Source: a virus
Lineage: Duplodnaviria > Caudoviricetes
Length of the DNA: 35,596 nt
Strand: one strand, 5' to 3'
IMG/VR virus record: IMGVR_UViG_3300020181_000022
Location: 1 to 35,596 of that record
Shown here piece by piece: positions 18,525 through 27,553 of this stretch (positions are counted from its first letter, which is position 1; each line of letters starts with the position of its first letter). The translations under genes were made by a program, and so were the position numbers. The notes below the pieces were generated by a model. The model had not been told where the DNA came from and searched no databases. It saw only the letters and a program-made list of their open reading frames with translations.

Positions 18525-20163
18525 TACGTCCCTCCCCTGCTGAATCGGTTGCATTAGCTGACCTTGCTTGGTCACGAGTTCTATTTCCTGTAGCCTGTGC
18601 GCGGGCCTCGTTGGCTGCTGGGTTGGCTGCCTTAGCCTTGGCTGCTTCCTTTGCTGCCTTTTCCTGAACAGCAAGCTGCTTGTTCTGGAATTCAACAGTC
18701 TCAGGAGCAATAGCACTTGCTGCAACCATTGGACGCTCATCACCCCAAGGAAGAGGCGATTCACCCTTACGCGCACGAACCTCGTTAACAGTAACAACTG
18801 CCAAACGAAGATTGCGTTCATCAATCTTGCTCTGCGTGTCTTCATCGGTTAGACTTAGCTCGTTAAGCCTTAGACGGAAGATATCTGTAATCTCACCAAT
18901 AATCTTGTTAAGCTTCTTTTCAAACATCTTCTGTGCTGGGCGAGTCACCTGCTCCTTAAAGTTCTTATCCATATCTCTAGCAGCAGCTAGACCTATATTG
19001 GTCTCGGCTGATGGAATCTTTGTAATAGGAACGCGGTGTGCCATTAGGACGTCACTCAGGTTACCGCGTCGGTAGTTGACGAAGCTGGAATCCTGAGTAC
19101 CGGCCTCAACCGGCTTCATTTCAAAGCTAGTCTTATTTTCCTGCGTATCGGCTGGAAGAGGAACATAAATAGTTCTATGATTCTGACCTTTTAGACCAGT
19201 TTCAAAGAAATCTAGAAGATTGGCTTCACCCTGAGCATTGAAATGTCCACCCTTAACTACAATTACATAACGTGGAACAGCTTTGTTCTCAAAATAGTCT
19301 AAGTTAAATCGCCCTGCAAACTCATTACCGGCGATTGCCTGCTGTGCAGCAACAATATCTGGAACACCATAAAACTGATTGCTTGGGCTATACTTCTTAA
19401 TATGGATGATTTCGTTTGGCATCGGATCATTTCCGATTGGATCGCTAGTTTCATTATCACCAAAGTTACGGAAGAATCTTGCTGCGCTACCAACCATCTG
19501 CACAAATCCATCACGATCCTTTCGGATACGAATACTTGATGCAGGAATGTGACCGATGTAGCCAATTTCTCCGCTAAGAGTGCGACCAACTTCAATATAA
19601 CCATTACCCATAACTTCATAGTCTGTCCAGACCTTGATCAAAGTTTCTGAGAATGTGTCTTCTGCGTTAGTGTCGTCAAGCCAAGAATATAGAGCTTCCT
19701 TGGTGCGGTCAAGCTTCTTACGCATGCGGTCCTTAGACTCGCCCTCTACCTCAGATAGCTTCCTCTGCATGGCATGGCTTAGAACAAAATCAAATCCAAG
19801 ACCGGCGATGTTGGACACCTTAGCGTTAACCGCTGAATAGTGAACCGCACTCATCTCGTAAATGCGTGCTAGATAGTCTAGGTTATACTTTGGTAGAACT
19901 ACGTTAAATAGATTGTAGGCGTCTACCTGCGCCTCTGCCTCTTCACGCTTTGTACCAGCTCCGTCCCGGCCAGTGTAGCTCTTTTCCAAACGACCACGCT
20001 TGCGGCGAACGTTTTCAGCAAGACCGCCTACCTTCTTTAGATGATCACCTGTAACTGCAAATGGGTCAACAAGATCGGTGACGAGCACGCGCTCCCTCAC
20101 CCTGCTAGTTCTCGGAGTAAGAGTTACCTCCTGCTCGTCGTCATTGTCAGCCTTACTGATCAC
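18493..20163 (-). CDS. Portal protein
   Basis: DYEVMGNGYIEV, EIIHIKKYSP...YGVP, FENKAVPRY and TVNEVRARKG portal motifs; upstream of protease and capsid. Confidence 0.95.
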   Translation of the reverse strand: MISKADNDDEQEVTLTPRTSRVRERVLVTDLVDPFAVTGDHLKKVGGLAENVRRKRGRLEKSYTGRDGAGTKREEAEAQVDAYNLFNVVLPKYNLDYLARIYEMSAVHYSAVNAKVSNIAGLGFDFVLSHAMQRKLSEVEGESKDRMRKKLDRTKEALYSWLDDTNAEDTFSETLIKVWTDYEVMGNGYIEVGRTLSGEIGYIGHIPASSIRIRKDRDGFVQMVGSAARFFRNFGDNETSDPIGNDPMPNEIIHIKKYSPSNQFYGVPDIVAAQQAIAGNEFAGRFNLDYFENKAVPRYVIVVKGGHFNAQGEANLLDFFETGLKGQNHRTIYVPLPADTQENKTSFEMKPVEAGTQDSSFVNYRRGNLSDVLMAHRVPITKIPSAETNIGLAAARDMDKNFKEQVTRPAQKMFEKKLNKIIGEITDIFRLRLNELSLTDEDTQSKIDERNLRLAVVTVNEVRARKGESPLPWGDERPMVAASAIAPETVEFQNKQLAVQEKAAKEAAKAKAANPAANEARAQATGNRTRDQARSANATDSAGEGRSAQGSGRTTS

Positions 20164-20495
20164 TTACCATCCAACTCCTTTTGGTATTTATAACTGTCCA
20201 TCAATTCGCCCAAGTCATAAGGGTCGGGAGTATAACCGGCTTCCATTCTAGCCATTTGGTCTTCCCATTCACTCTGATTGACAGGTCGAACTCCTTCTTT
20301 AAAAACAGGGCCGCCCTCATGGATATCAAAGTGCTTGGCGACAAAATCTCTAAGCCTCTTCATAGCAAGTAAATCCCCACGACGTGCGGGTGCAATAAGA
20401 TAATCGTAGTTTTCATTAACTAGTGGCTTGCCATTAATTTCCCAAATGTAAACACCATACGGGATGCCTTCATCAACTTTCCTGAGATTAGTCAT
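20160..20495 (-). CDS. Hypothetical protein preceding the portal
   Basis: 111 aa, YGVYIW...EDQMARMEAGYTPDPYD; overlaps the portal start. Confidence 0.75.
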   Translation of the reverse strand: MTNLRKVDEGIPYGVYIWEINGKPLVNENYDYLIAPARRGDLLAMKRLRDFVAKHFDIHEGGPVFKEGVRPVNQSEWEDQMARMEAGYTPDPYDLGELMDSYKYQKELDGK

Positions 20496-20544
20496 ACAAG
20501 AATAGTAACACGCAATACATTAATGTCAAACAAGTGTACCGACA

Positions 20545-22095
20545 TTAGCCTCCACCGGGCACATATGACCAGCTATAGGCATGAATCTTAGCTGCCGACG
20601 CCGATTCTGTCACAGTTAATCCACTCGTATCATCTACTCGCAAAGCAGGTGCCCCCACATTAAATTGATATGTTCCTGTAGGAATATATGAATAGGTTGC
20701 TAATCCATAAACTGTTGCCCCAGGGGCGGCTATATCAACTATCTTGTTATCAGCACTAATAAATCTCACTGAAAAGAAATTCCATTCATTAAATCGAATG
20801 ATGGTGTTGTTATTTACAGCGTAGATGTCGTTTATATAAATTTCAAAATCTCCTATATTGTATCCTATCAAACCGTCTGACTTGACAACAGCAGAACGAC
20901 CATCAGATAGAACAAGAGAACCGGCGGTGCTGAACTTAGCCCAAAACTCAACAGTCTTTATGTTAACCGGGTTTTCTGTTTGGTCTAGCCCTATAGTTAG
21001 GAGACCTCCCGCCTTAATTGTTGCTCCTGCGTCATTGTGGTAATCTAGCTGATTACCGGGGGTCTGATCAAGAGATACAGACTTAAATGTAAGATTGCGT
21101 GAACCAGATGCGGGTCTAATTACTTTACTTGCTAACACATCTAGGCGAAGACTCCGAACCCAAGAATTTTCATCGGATAGCTCTAAACGAATATACAAAA
21201 TAGCATCCTCTTCAAGAACAGAATCCTCTAATATAGTAGTTTTATTGGGAGCGGTTATCCAAAGTGTGCCGTCTAAAGAATATGAAAAAATTACTCCCTC
21301 TCCTTCATATGTCACATGTATGCCAGCACTAGTCGTACCAATCAAACTAAATAGTACAATCGACTGACGCCATTCACCAACACCAATAAGATTATCCTCT
21401 AAAATATTAACATTTTCCATGAAACCTTCATCGAAGTTTGATGAGTCATATGTAAAACTAACTTCCAAATCAACATTAGGATAAGCTAACTCCCAAGTGG
21501 TGGCTCCCTTTGCCATTGCAATGCTAATCGAATCAGGAACTGAATTGCCCCAGTTGTAGTGCTGCTGAATCTCCAAAGCAGTCAACGCCCTATAATATAG
21601 GGCCAAACTATCATAAATTGCTGTGCCCGTTCCACCATTAATTGTTACTGGAGCATCCTTGGGAGCTGAAAAACTTAGGTCTATCAACTCAAGGTTTGTC
21701 ACGCTTTGCCCATCAACGAATAGGTTGACCTGACCAGGCGAGTAAGTCATAACAACGTGAAAAGCCTTAATCTCTGTTGGAGTCCATGTTGACTGAGTGA
21801 TAACTGTTCCATCACCTTGCTTAACTCTTAAGACAAAGCTAGAGCCGTCCCACAGAACTCCCTCGCTTCCGTGACCAATAATTACTAATTCACCGGTGTT
21901 GGTAAGCGGTAAAAACCAGACTTCAAGAGTGAAAGAAGTGGCTTCATATCCTAGGCTGAAAGCTGAAAAGTTAGTATCAAGACTAGCGGAACGTCTGATA
22001 GCTGATCCTGAACCGGCGACGAGTGGAGGCACGCCACCATTTAATGTATTAAACACTGCGGGGCGGTGCTGGCTCAGTTCCATTTCGTAATTCAT
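20545..22095 (-). CDS. LamG/concanavalin-like domain virion protein
   Basis: SFTLEVWF, FHVVMTY...LFVDG and YDSLALYYRALTALEIQQHY are LamG-type motifs. Start set at ATG 22095 because a terminator and promoter lie just upstream. Confidence 0.75.
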   Translation of the reverse strand: MNYEMELSQHRPAVFNTLNGGVPPLVAGSGSAIRRSASLDTNFSAFSLGYEATSFTLEVWFLPLTNTGELVIIGHGSEGVLWDGSSFVLRVKQGDGTVITQSTWTPTEIKAFHVVMTYSPGQVNLFVDGQSVTNLELIDLSFSAPKDAPVTINGGTGTAIYDSLALYYRALTALEIQQHYNWGNSVPDSISIAMAKGATTWELAYPNVDLEVSFTYDSSNFDEGFMENVNILEDNLIGVGEWRQSIVLFSLIGTTSAGIHVTYEGEGVIFSYSLDGTLWITAPNKTTILEDSVLEEDAILYIRLELSDENSWVRSLRLDVLASKVIRPASGSRNLTFKSVSLDQTPGNQLDYHNDAGATIKAGGLLTIGLDQTENPVNIKTVEFWAKFSTAGSLVLSDGRSAVVKSDGLIGYNIGDFEIYINDIYAVNNNTIIRFNEWNFFSVRFISADNKIVDIAAPGATVYGLATYSYIPTGTYQFNVGAPALRVDDTSGLTVTESASAAKIHAYSWSYVPGGG

Positions 22096-22127
22096 ATTCT
22101 TAGTATACTGGAAATCCTCAGGAATGC

Positions 22128-22155
22128 AAAAACCCCGGTCCGTGGGGAACCGGGG
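22128..22155 (-). terminator. Intrinsic terminator
   Basis: CCCCGGT/ACCGGGG stem followed by TTTTT on the minus strand. Confidence 0.75.
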
Positions 22156-22171
22156 CCTTGCAGTAACTATG

Positions 22172-22369
22172 TTACCATGTTTCAACTAGCTCACGAAAAA
22201 CTTCGTAAGAGTTGAATCGCCATGATACATCATTGTTGGGGTAATTGACAAACACAATCGAACCATCATCTCCAAATATTGGCCTCTTTAGATTTCCCTT
22301 TGTGGCGTCAATTTCAAACGGTTCACTTCTGTCTTTTATCCATACATAGTATGTAATTTGCATATTCAT
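22172..22369 (-). CDS. Small hypothetical protein in its own transcription unit
   Basis: TGG-TATAAT upstream (~22414-22422), SD GGAGGTG before ATG 22369, terminator downstream. Confidence 0.65.
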   Translation of the reverse strand: MNMQITYYVWIKDRSEPFEIDATKGNLKRPIFGDDGSIVFVNYPNNDVSWRFNSYEVFRELVETW

Positions 22370-22414
22370 ATTTAACACCTCCGTCCGCAAGTTTCTCCTT
22401 GGCGGGTACATTAA

Positions 22415-22519
22415 TTATACCATGCCAGAGCGTTTTGCGGTACGAACCCTATGACAGTTAGCGCATACAGCCTCACACTTCTTAAGCTCGGCTTCAATGG
22501 CCGACAGAGTATACTGCAT
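22415..22519 (-). pseudogene. HNH endonuclease C-terminal remnant
   Basis: Reads MQYTLSAIEAELKKCEAVCANCHRVRTAKRSGMV*. It has the KCExVCANCH motif but no N-terminal CxxC or DH part. Confidence 0.7.
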
Positions 22520-22555
22520 ATATTTGCCTAGAATGTTACTGAATTCAAAATCAGC

Positions 22556-22580
22556 AAAAGCCCCTCCGAAGAGGGGCTTT
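22556..22580. terminator. Intrinsic terminator, copy 1
   Basis: AAAAGCCCCTCCGAAGAGGGGCTTT; UUCG loop and U tail on the minus strand. Confidence 0.85.
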
Positions 22581-22696
22581 GCCGGTAACTACTATTCCAT
22601 CCTAAGGCTGTTCGGGTCAAACGCGAAATTCAGGCACGAACGCCGTAGACAACTCTCAGACTGCACTCGGCCCACAAGCCGCGCTCCCAAGGTTGT
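22556..22696 (-). ncRNA. Candidate ~140 nt small RNA
   Basis: Own promoter TTTACA-17-TATAAT (22731-22703), several hairpins, terminator, no SD-led ORF. Confidence 0.45.
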
Positions 22697-22713
22697 ACCT
22701 ATATTATATCATA

Positions 22714-23652
22714 TTACTTTGCGTCTGTAAAGGTACCGTCAGCTAGAAGAACTAGCCTGCCCTTTTCAAACTTCTGCTCTAGCAGCCCATCCTTACGCTT
22801 ATACTCAGCACTCATTGGGTAGCCGAGACGGCCATTTTCCCAACCAGTTGACGCATAGTAATTAAGGAATGCGCCATGAACTTCCCAAGCTCCTGTCTTT
22901 GGTGACCAGTAAATTGCCCAATCCTTGGAGAAATGACTTGATCGTCCAACTCCATGAACCAATTCATCTGTTCTAGGATATCCAGTTGTCGTTTCACTAC
23001 CAATTGTACGCCAACGCTTTAGGATTTCACCATGAATTTCATGTGCGGTTCCCTTATCAACATTCGGATGCCAGTAAATAGCTCCATTATCGAACTCCTG
23101 CCAACGGCCGGTCTTGTCAGCCGTTGGAACTTCTGGTCCCTTTGGCTGGCCCAAGAATCCCTTTGTGCGATCATAGGCTGCTCTAATAGAGCCTCCAATT
23201 GGGAACTTGAACTGAGGTGCTGGTGGTGCTACAGGAGCGCCTAGATTCCAAGCGGCCTTGCTATCAAAACCGGCGCGGTTGAGACTGAATGATACGTGGA
23301 AGTGCTTGTCGTGTGGATTACTTCCTGTATATGCTCGCCACGTCTTGAAGTCTGGTGAGGTGATTCTACGGTTAAAAATAATATATCCTCCACCGGCCAA
23401 TCTCGGGTCACCTGCTGCACCCATCTGGCGTAGCTTTTCAACAATACCTGCTGCGTCGATTCCGTCCTTATCAACGTCACGCGCACGCACAACTCCTTGA
23501 CCATCTACAACAACCCAAGGGTTGTGATCGGAGTTTCTAGTTGCATGAGCAGCGTCACCAATCGTTCCGTCTGATGCCTTATCACGCTTTGGGTTAATGG
23601 CGTTAATCTCATTAACCAACGTTACACTAGCGTTACAATTACGCCATGCCAT
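22714..23652 (-). CDS. Endolysin (lysin A): Zn-peptidase-like domain plus LGFP repeats
   Basis: SDHNP...ARDVD...NPHDKHFHVSF N-terminal domain, Pro/Ala linker, and FLGQP / TGYPRTDE / RLGYPMSAE LGFP-like repeats. Confidence 0.88.
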   Translation of the reverse strand: MAWRNCNASVTLVNEINAINPKRDKASDGTIGDAAHATRNSDHNPWVVVDGQGVVRARDVDKDGIDAAGIVEKLRQMGAAGDPRLAGGGYIIFNRRITSPDFKTWRAYTGSNPHDKHFHVSFSLNRAGFDSKAAWNLGAPVAPPAPQFKFPIGGSIRAAYDRTKGFLGQPKGPEVPTADKTGRWQEFDNGAIYWHPNVDKGTAHEIHGEILKRWRTIGSETTTGYPRTDELVHGVGRSSHFSKDWAIYWSPKTGAWEVHGAFLNYYASTGWENGRLGYPMSAEYKRKDGLLEQKFEKGRLVLLADGTFTDAK

Positions 23653-23759
23653 TACTTATCATCATCGGGATTGGTTGGAGCATCTGCTTCCTCGCCTGCG
23701 AAAACCCAAGGATCAGAGTGATCCTGTTCGCCTGCGGTCTTTGCCTTTTGTTCTGTCAT
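23652..23759 (-). CDS. 35 aa acidic peptide coupled to the lysin
   Basis: MTEQKAKTAGEQDHSDPWVFAGEEADAPTNPDDDK*; SD GGAGGGAGGGG; TAATG overlap with the lysin start. Confidence 0.7.
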   Translation of the reverse strand: MTEQKAKTAGEQDHSDPWVFAGEEADAPTNPDDDK

Positions 23760-23783
23760 ATTTATCCCCTCCCTCCATATGCA

Positions 23784-23812
23784 TATCATACAATGAAAAG
23801 TTTTAATGTCAA
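23784..23812 (-). promoter_or_regulatory. Promoter of the lysin operon
   Basis: TTGACA-16-TATGAT just downstream of the RNR terminator. Confidence 0.65.
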
Positions 23813-23827
23813 AATGTCAGACAAGCA

Positions 23828-23852
23828 AAAAGCCCCTCCGAAGAGGGGCTTT
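23828..23852. terminator. Intrinsic terminator, copy 2 (after nrdJ)
   Basis: Identical 25-mer to 22556-22580. Confidence 0.85.
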
Positions 23853-23863
23853 TCACCTAATTG

Positions 23864-25810
23864 TTACTTGTCTGCCGAACCTACAAGATCACACTGCCCG
23901 CTTACACAAGCCAAAGACTGCGTTCCTGTGGTGTTGTCTTCCTTTTCGTATAGTGGAAGAGCTTCCCAAAGAACCTGCTTTGGCATATCTGCCATGAACT
24001 GCTTGTAACCGGACTCGTCGGTGTCCTGGTATGGAGCCTGCTGGTAAGTACCTGCATCGTATGGAAGGAATGAGATTCCACCAACAATGTCCCAATTCTT
24101 GTAAACCCAGTCAGATACTTCAATCCATTCGTGCTCACGAACGTTAACCGTGATAGATGGGTTATGTTCAGTCCAGTGTTCCTTGTAAATCTTCCAGAAT
24201 TCTAGGTGCTGAATAGCACTTAGTTCTAGCCTGGTAACCGCGCCTTCCGGTGCCTTCTGTGGGAAATAGAATACCGTTGTGTTGTCAGGAGCCATAAGAT
24301 CAGGCTCGCAAGGAATTCCTGCGTCCCTAAGGAAGTTTGTCAGTGGATCCTTGTTGTCCTGGCGAACGCTTCTGATGTAGAAATCGTTGTGCCACGGGTG
24401 CATACCGGAGCTTGTTCCGGTAAGCTGAGAAACTGTTCCACTAGGCTTGACAGTTGTGATTGCCGTGCTTCGATTAATTCCCATTGCATCTGCCACACGT
24501 CCATTGACTTCGATTGTGCGTTCACGAAGTCTGTCCAATGTTCCTGCAAGAGCTTCCAAACCCATTCGTCCCGAAGTAAGCTTGTTTCCAAACTGCCCGG
24601 TAAGTGAAACACCAAGTAGTCTTTCTTCCTCGCAGTTATCTCTCCAAATCTTTCTAAGATATTTGAAATTGGTGAAACTTGCCTGGATGGTTCCAAGAAT
24701 TGTTGCAATTTCTGCCTTTTCAAGAAGTGTTTCCTCTGTGTCGTCTTCCTCGATAATAATTTCAGTTAAGTTGCAGAACTGGTATGGACGAAGAGAAATC
24801 TCGCCACACGGGTTCGTACCGGCCAACTGACTACCGTCACGGCGGGGCGCGTATGCTGCCCTCTGCATATTTTCCATGTTGACGATTCCACGCTCTCCAG
24901 AACCGGACTCGTATAGATTCTGCCATTCCTGCATGAACTCTCCAACGCTTGGCTTCTTGTGATATACAGCAGAGTTGTTAGCCAACCTGCGGTATGGAGT
25001 TGCCTCCCACCAAGAACCGGTCTTTGCCTTTGCCATTTCGTAATCGTCAAGGTCTTGCAAAGAAATAAGGGCAGAACGCCTTACTCCGCCGACAACCACA
25101 ACGTCACCGATCTTGCACATAATGTCATGGCACTCTAGGCTGGTCAACTGACGGCCTGCGGCCTTCTTGAACGTCAAGATTGTGAAGTCAAAAAGATCCA
25201 CTAGTGGCTGTGGACCGCTTGAACGTCCACCGAACGTCTTTAGTTTTGCCCCGGCGGGACGCAATGCAGTAATATCGATCATTGGAATCTGACCGCTATA
25301 AAGCAAAGCGATTAGCTCACGAAGTGCGCGAGCCCAACCCTCCTTAGAATCTTGAACCTTGATTACAGTCTTTGTGTACTCAAAGTGCTCATTTACAATC
25401 GGCAACTTCTGTGTATACTTGCGCTCTGCGCTGAACCCAAGCCCGGTACCGTTCATCAAAATGTAGAGAGCCTCATCAAATGAACGTGGGCTGTCTACCG
25501 GGATGAAGCTACAGTTATATCCTGCAACGTGTGAGCGGTCTAGCGCCGGTCCTGCCGTCATCAATGCACGCATCGAAGGCATGACCTTGTGGTTCAAAAT
25601 TGAAGAATGAATGCGATCCCACTCATTCTCAGTTACTACATTTGGGTAGTTTCTTTCCATGTGGTTACGCATGTAGTCCACGTAACGATCTACTGTCTCA
25701 ACCCAGGTTTCACGACGACCAATATTGTCGTCCCACCTAGCGTATCGAGACACTGCAATGAAAGCCTTATATGGATCAGTTAGGGCTCCATTGTCGTCAA
25801 TAATACTCAA
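23864..25810 (-). CDS. nrdJ: Class II (adenosylcobalamin-dependent) monomeric ribonucleotide reductase
   Basis: MPSMRALMTAG, YNCSF, GGVRRSA, GTNPCGEI, TTVKPSGT and C-terminal ACVSGQC; TTG start with AGGAGG. Confidence 0.95.
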   Translation of the reverse strand: MSIIDDNGALTDPYKAFIAVSRYARWDDNIGRRETWVETVDRYVDYMRNHMERNYPNVVTENEWDRIHSSILNHKVMPSMRALMTAGPALDRSHVAGYNCSFIPVDSPRSFDEALYILMNGTGLGFSAERKYTQKLPIVNEHFEYTKTVIKVQDSKEGWARALRELIALLYSGQIPMIDITALRPAGAKLKTFGGRSSGPQPLVDLFDFTILTFKKAAGRQLTSLECHDIMCKIGDVVVVGGVRRSALISLQDLDDYEMAKAKTGSWWEATPYRRLANNSAVYHKKPSVGEFMQEWQNLYESGSGERGIVNMENMQRAAYAPRRDGSQLAGTNPCGEISLRPYQFCNLTEIIIEEDDTEETLLEKAEIATILGTIQASFTNFKYLRKIWRDNCEEERLLGVSLTGQFGNKLTSGRMGLEALAGTLDRLRERTIEVNGRVADAMGINRSTAITTVKPSGTVSQLTGTSSGMHPWHNDFYIRSVRQDNKDPLTNFLRDAGIPCEPDLMAPDNTTVFYFPQKAPEGAVTRLELSAIQHLEFWKIYKEHWTEHNPSITVNVREHEWIEVSDWVYKNWDIVGGISFLPYDAGTYQQAPYQDTDESGYKQFMADMPKQVLWEALPLYEKEDNTTGTQSLACVSGQCDLVGSADK

Positions 25811-25915
25811 TTAAATTCCTCCTATACCCCGCCTACAGTGGGGTTTTCCTCAAGATTTGGTCCCTCAAGTATACACCCTCAGAGTTTATGAGCGAGATTG
25901 TGACGAAGAATATTT

Positions 25916-27553
25916 TTACGGTCCCCCGACAGTAGCAGTGTTGTATGGGCCGATTAGAGAAACGTCATCAATTGACAATGTGCCAGCAACATTCAGCATC
26001 AAATTAAGCCTGTTATTACCAGTTCCCGCCAAGAGACGCTCAGTGTATGTGCCGTTACCTGAACGAGACAGCCCTAGATTTGTGGCACCGCCTGTAAATG
26101 ATCCATAAACAGTTCCAGAAGCATAATTGCTAATTGTGTATGTAAGCTCATAATACTTACCCTCAACAAGAGTTACAGGCTGATCGAATCCATCATAGGC
26201 TGGGGACGCAGTAAAGTTAGCCTTTCCATCTGAAATAGTCTTACCGCTCCAACCGGCGCCGTGCCAAGAATCGCTGCTATCGAACCCACCATTTACAACT
26301 ACATTGCTTACAGGTATTGGCGATTCAACCTTAACCTTAAGATCAGACCACTCATAATAGTAGTTTAGAACGTCTGGAAGGGCTGCCCTAAGTCTGTGCG
26401 TACCGGGAGTCCAAATCCTGCTCGTCGATTCAATAACCCATTCCCTCTTAGACCAAACATTAGGCTTATTGGTTGGAGATATAGTGGTTTGATTAACAAT
26501 TTCAGAAGATGGGTCGTTAGCTAACTGATGGAAAATGGGGTTAGTTGCAGTTGAGCGCTCCCACCAAGTTAATGTTACCTTAGAGCCCGCAGGAATAGCG
26601 TTACCTGCAAGATCAGCAAATGCGATTGCTCCCCAATCAAAAGGAGTTGCAGCGGTTCTAGTCATACGCCAAACAGGATAACCTGTAGGGCCTAGCTCTG
26701 GCCTCTCTCCATAGGTTGCTGCTGCTGGGTTAGAGGCATTGATATATGTTCCATGAATTAGATTCCTAACATCACCTGTGAAGATTGGCTCCATAATTAC
26801 ACCAAACTTGCTAATGTTCAGGCTACCAATACCACTATTGGGCTCCGGGCCGAAGGCAACGCCATTGACCCATTCATTTCCGGTGATTTGGCCCTGAGCC
26901 ACTAAGTAGTTGAAGTAAGTCTTATATGGCATGGCTCCCTGAATGTCTCCATAGTCACTGCGATAAGCAATGATGTATGGAACTCCTTGTGGGTTACCCG
27001 CGATCCTCACACTGTAGTTAACTCCATTATATGTGAAGCCAGTTCCTACTAGTGGCAATGAATCCAGCCAAGACCGGGCCTGTGTAGAGAACCGTGGGAA
27101 AAATGCAATTTCATGGGTTTTGGTAAATGGACCCGTGGGAGCGGCTTCGGCTCCCAACCACATTTCACACAAAAGCGCGGTTGAAAGATCGCCAGTCTGT
27201 GTCCAATTAGCATTAACAATCATGTTGCCAACATCTTTAACTTGCAAAGGAGTTACTGTTCCCGCTCCTGGGCTAGAGTCATAATTACCATATGAAATGT
27301 GAAGATATCCATTTATTCCTCCCCAGCTTGGACTAGGAGTTACGTCCCAATTAAATATTGTTGCTGATGGGAATGCACTACGAGTCACCTGCATAGATGA
27401 AGTTGCAACAAGGCCAGGAGCATCAGGATTAGTCAATCCCCACATTCCAGTGTAAGCACCATATGGCGTCTTTGAGAATGTCTGAAAGTTTCCGTTAATT
27501 ACGTACGTATCAGCGCCCGAGCGCCGGGTTGACGCTATGATTCCTAGACTCAT
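25916..27553 (-). CDS. GH12-like / concanavalin-fold protein with C-terminal carbohydrate-binding-like modules
   Basis: GYLHISYG, LCEMWL, HEIAFF and GVAFGPEP in a GH12-like arrangement; NVVVNGGFD...SIDDVSL CBM-like domain. Confidence 0.6.
   Translation of the reverse strand: MSLGIIASTRRSGADTYVINGNFQTFSKTPYGAYTGMWGLTNPDAPGLVATSSMQVTRSAFPSATIFNWDVTPSPSWGGINGYLHISYGNYDSSPGAGTVTPLQVKDVGNMIVNANWTQTGDLSTALLCEMWLGAEAAPTGPFTKTHEIAFFPRFSTQARSWLDSLPLVGTGFTYNGVNYSVRIAGNPQGVPYIIAYRSDYGDIQGAMPYKTYFNYLVAQGQITGNEWVNGVAFGPEPNSGIGSLNISKFGVIMEPIFTGDVRNLIHGTYINASNPAAATYGERPELGPTGYPVWRMTRTAATPFDWGAIAFADLAGNAIPAGSKVTLTWWERSTATNPIFHQLANDPSSEIVNQTTISPTNKPNVWSKREWVIESTSRIWTPGTHRLRAALPDVLNYYYEWSDLKVKVESPIPVSNVVVNGGFDSSDSWHGAGWSGKTISDGKANFTASPAYDGFDQPVTLVEGKYYELTYTISNYASGTVYGSFTGGATNLGLSRSGNGTYTERLLAGTGNNRLNLMLNVAGTLSIDDVSLIGPYNTATVGGP

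Noticed and set aside
18525-18845. Long N-terminal extension of the 18261-18845 ORF
   Set aside because: It overlaps the portal in another frame, and a GTG with an SD at 18524 is more plausible.
22582-22696. tRNA interpretation of the post-lysin structured segment
   Set aside because: No GTTCRA T-loop, cloverleaf spacing or CCA end. It is kept only as an unknown sRNA candidate.
23646-24008. Plus-strand hydrophobic-looking ORF near the lysin as a possible holin
   Set aside because: It is antisense to the lysin leader ORF and nrdJ, crosses a terminator, and has no SD.
23864-25810. Intron or intein in the RNR
   Set aside because: The ORF is continuous, 648 aa, with motifs at normal spacing.
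25811-25915. Possible cobalamin riboswitch or NrdR box upstream of nrdJ
   Set aside because: The gap is only about 105 bp with one small hairpin, and I see no matching consensus.
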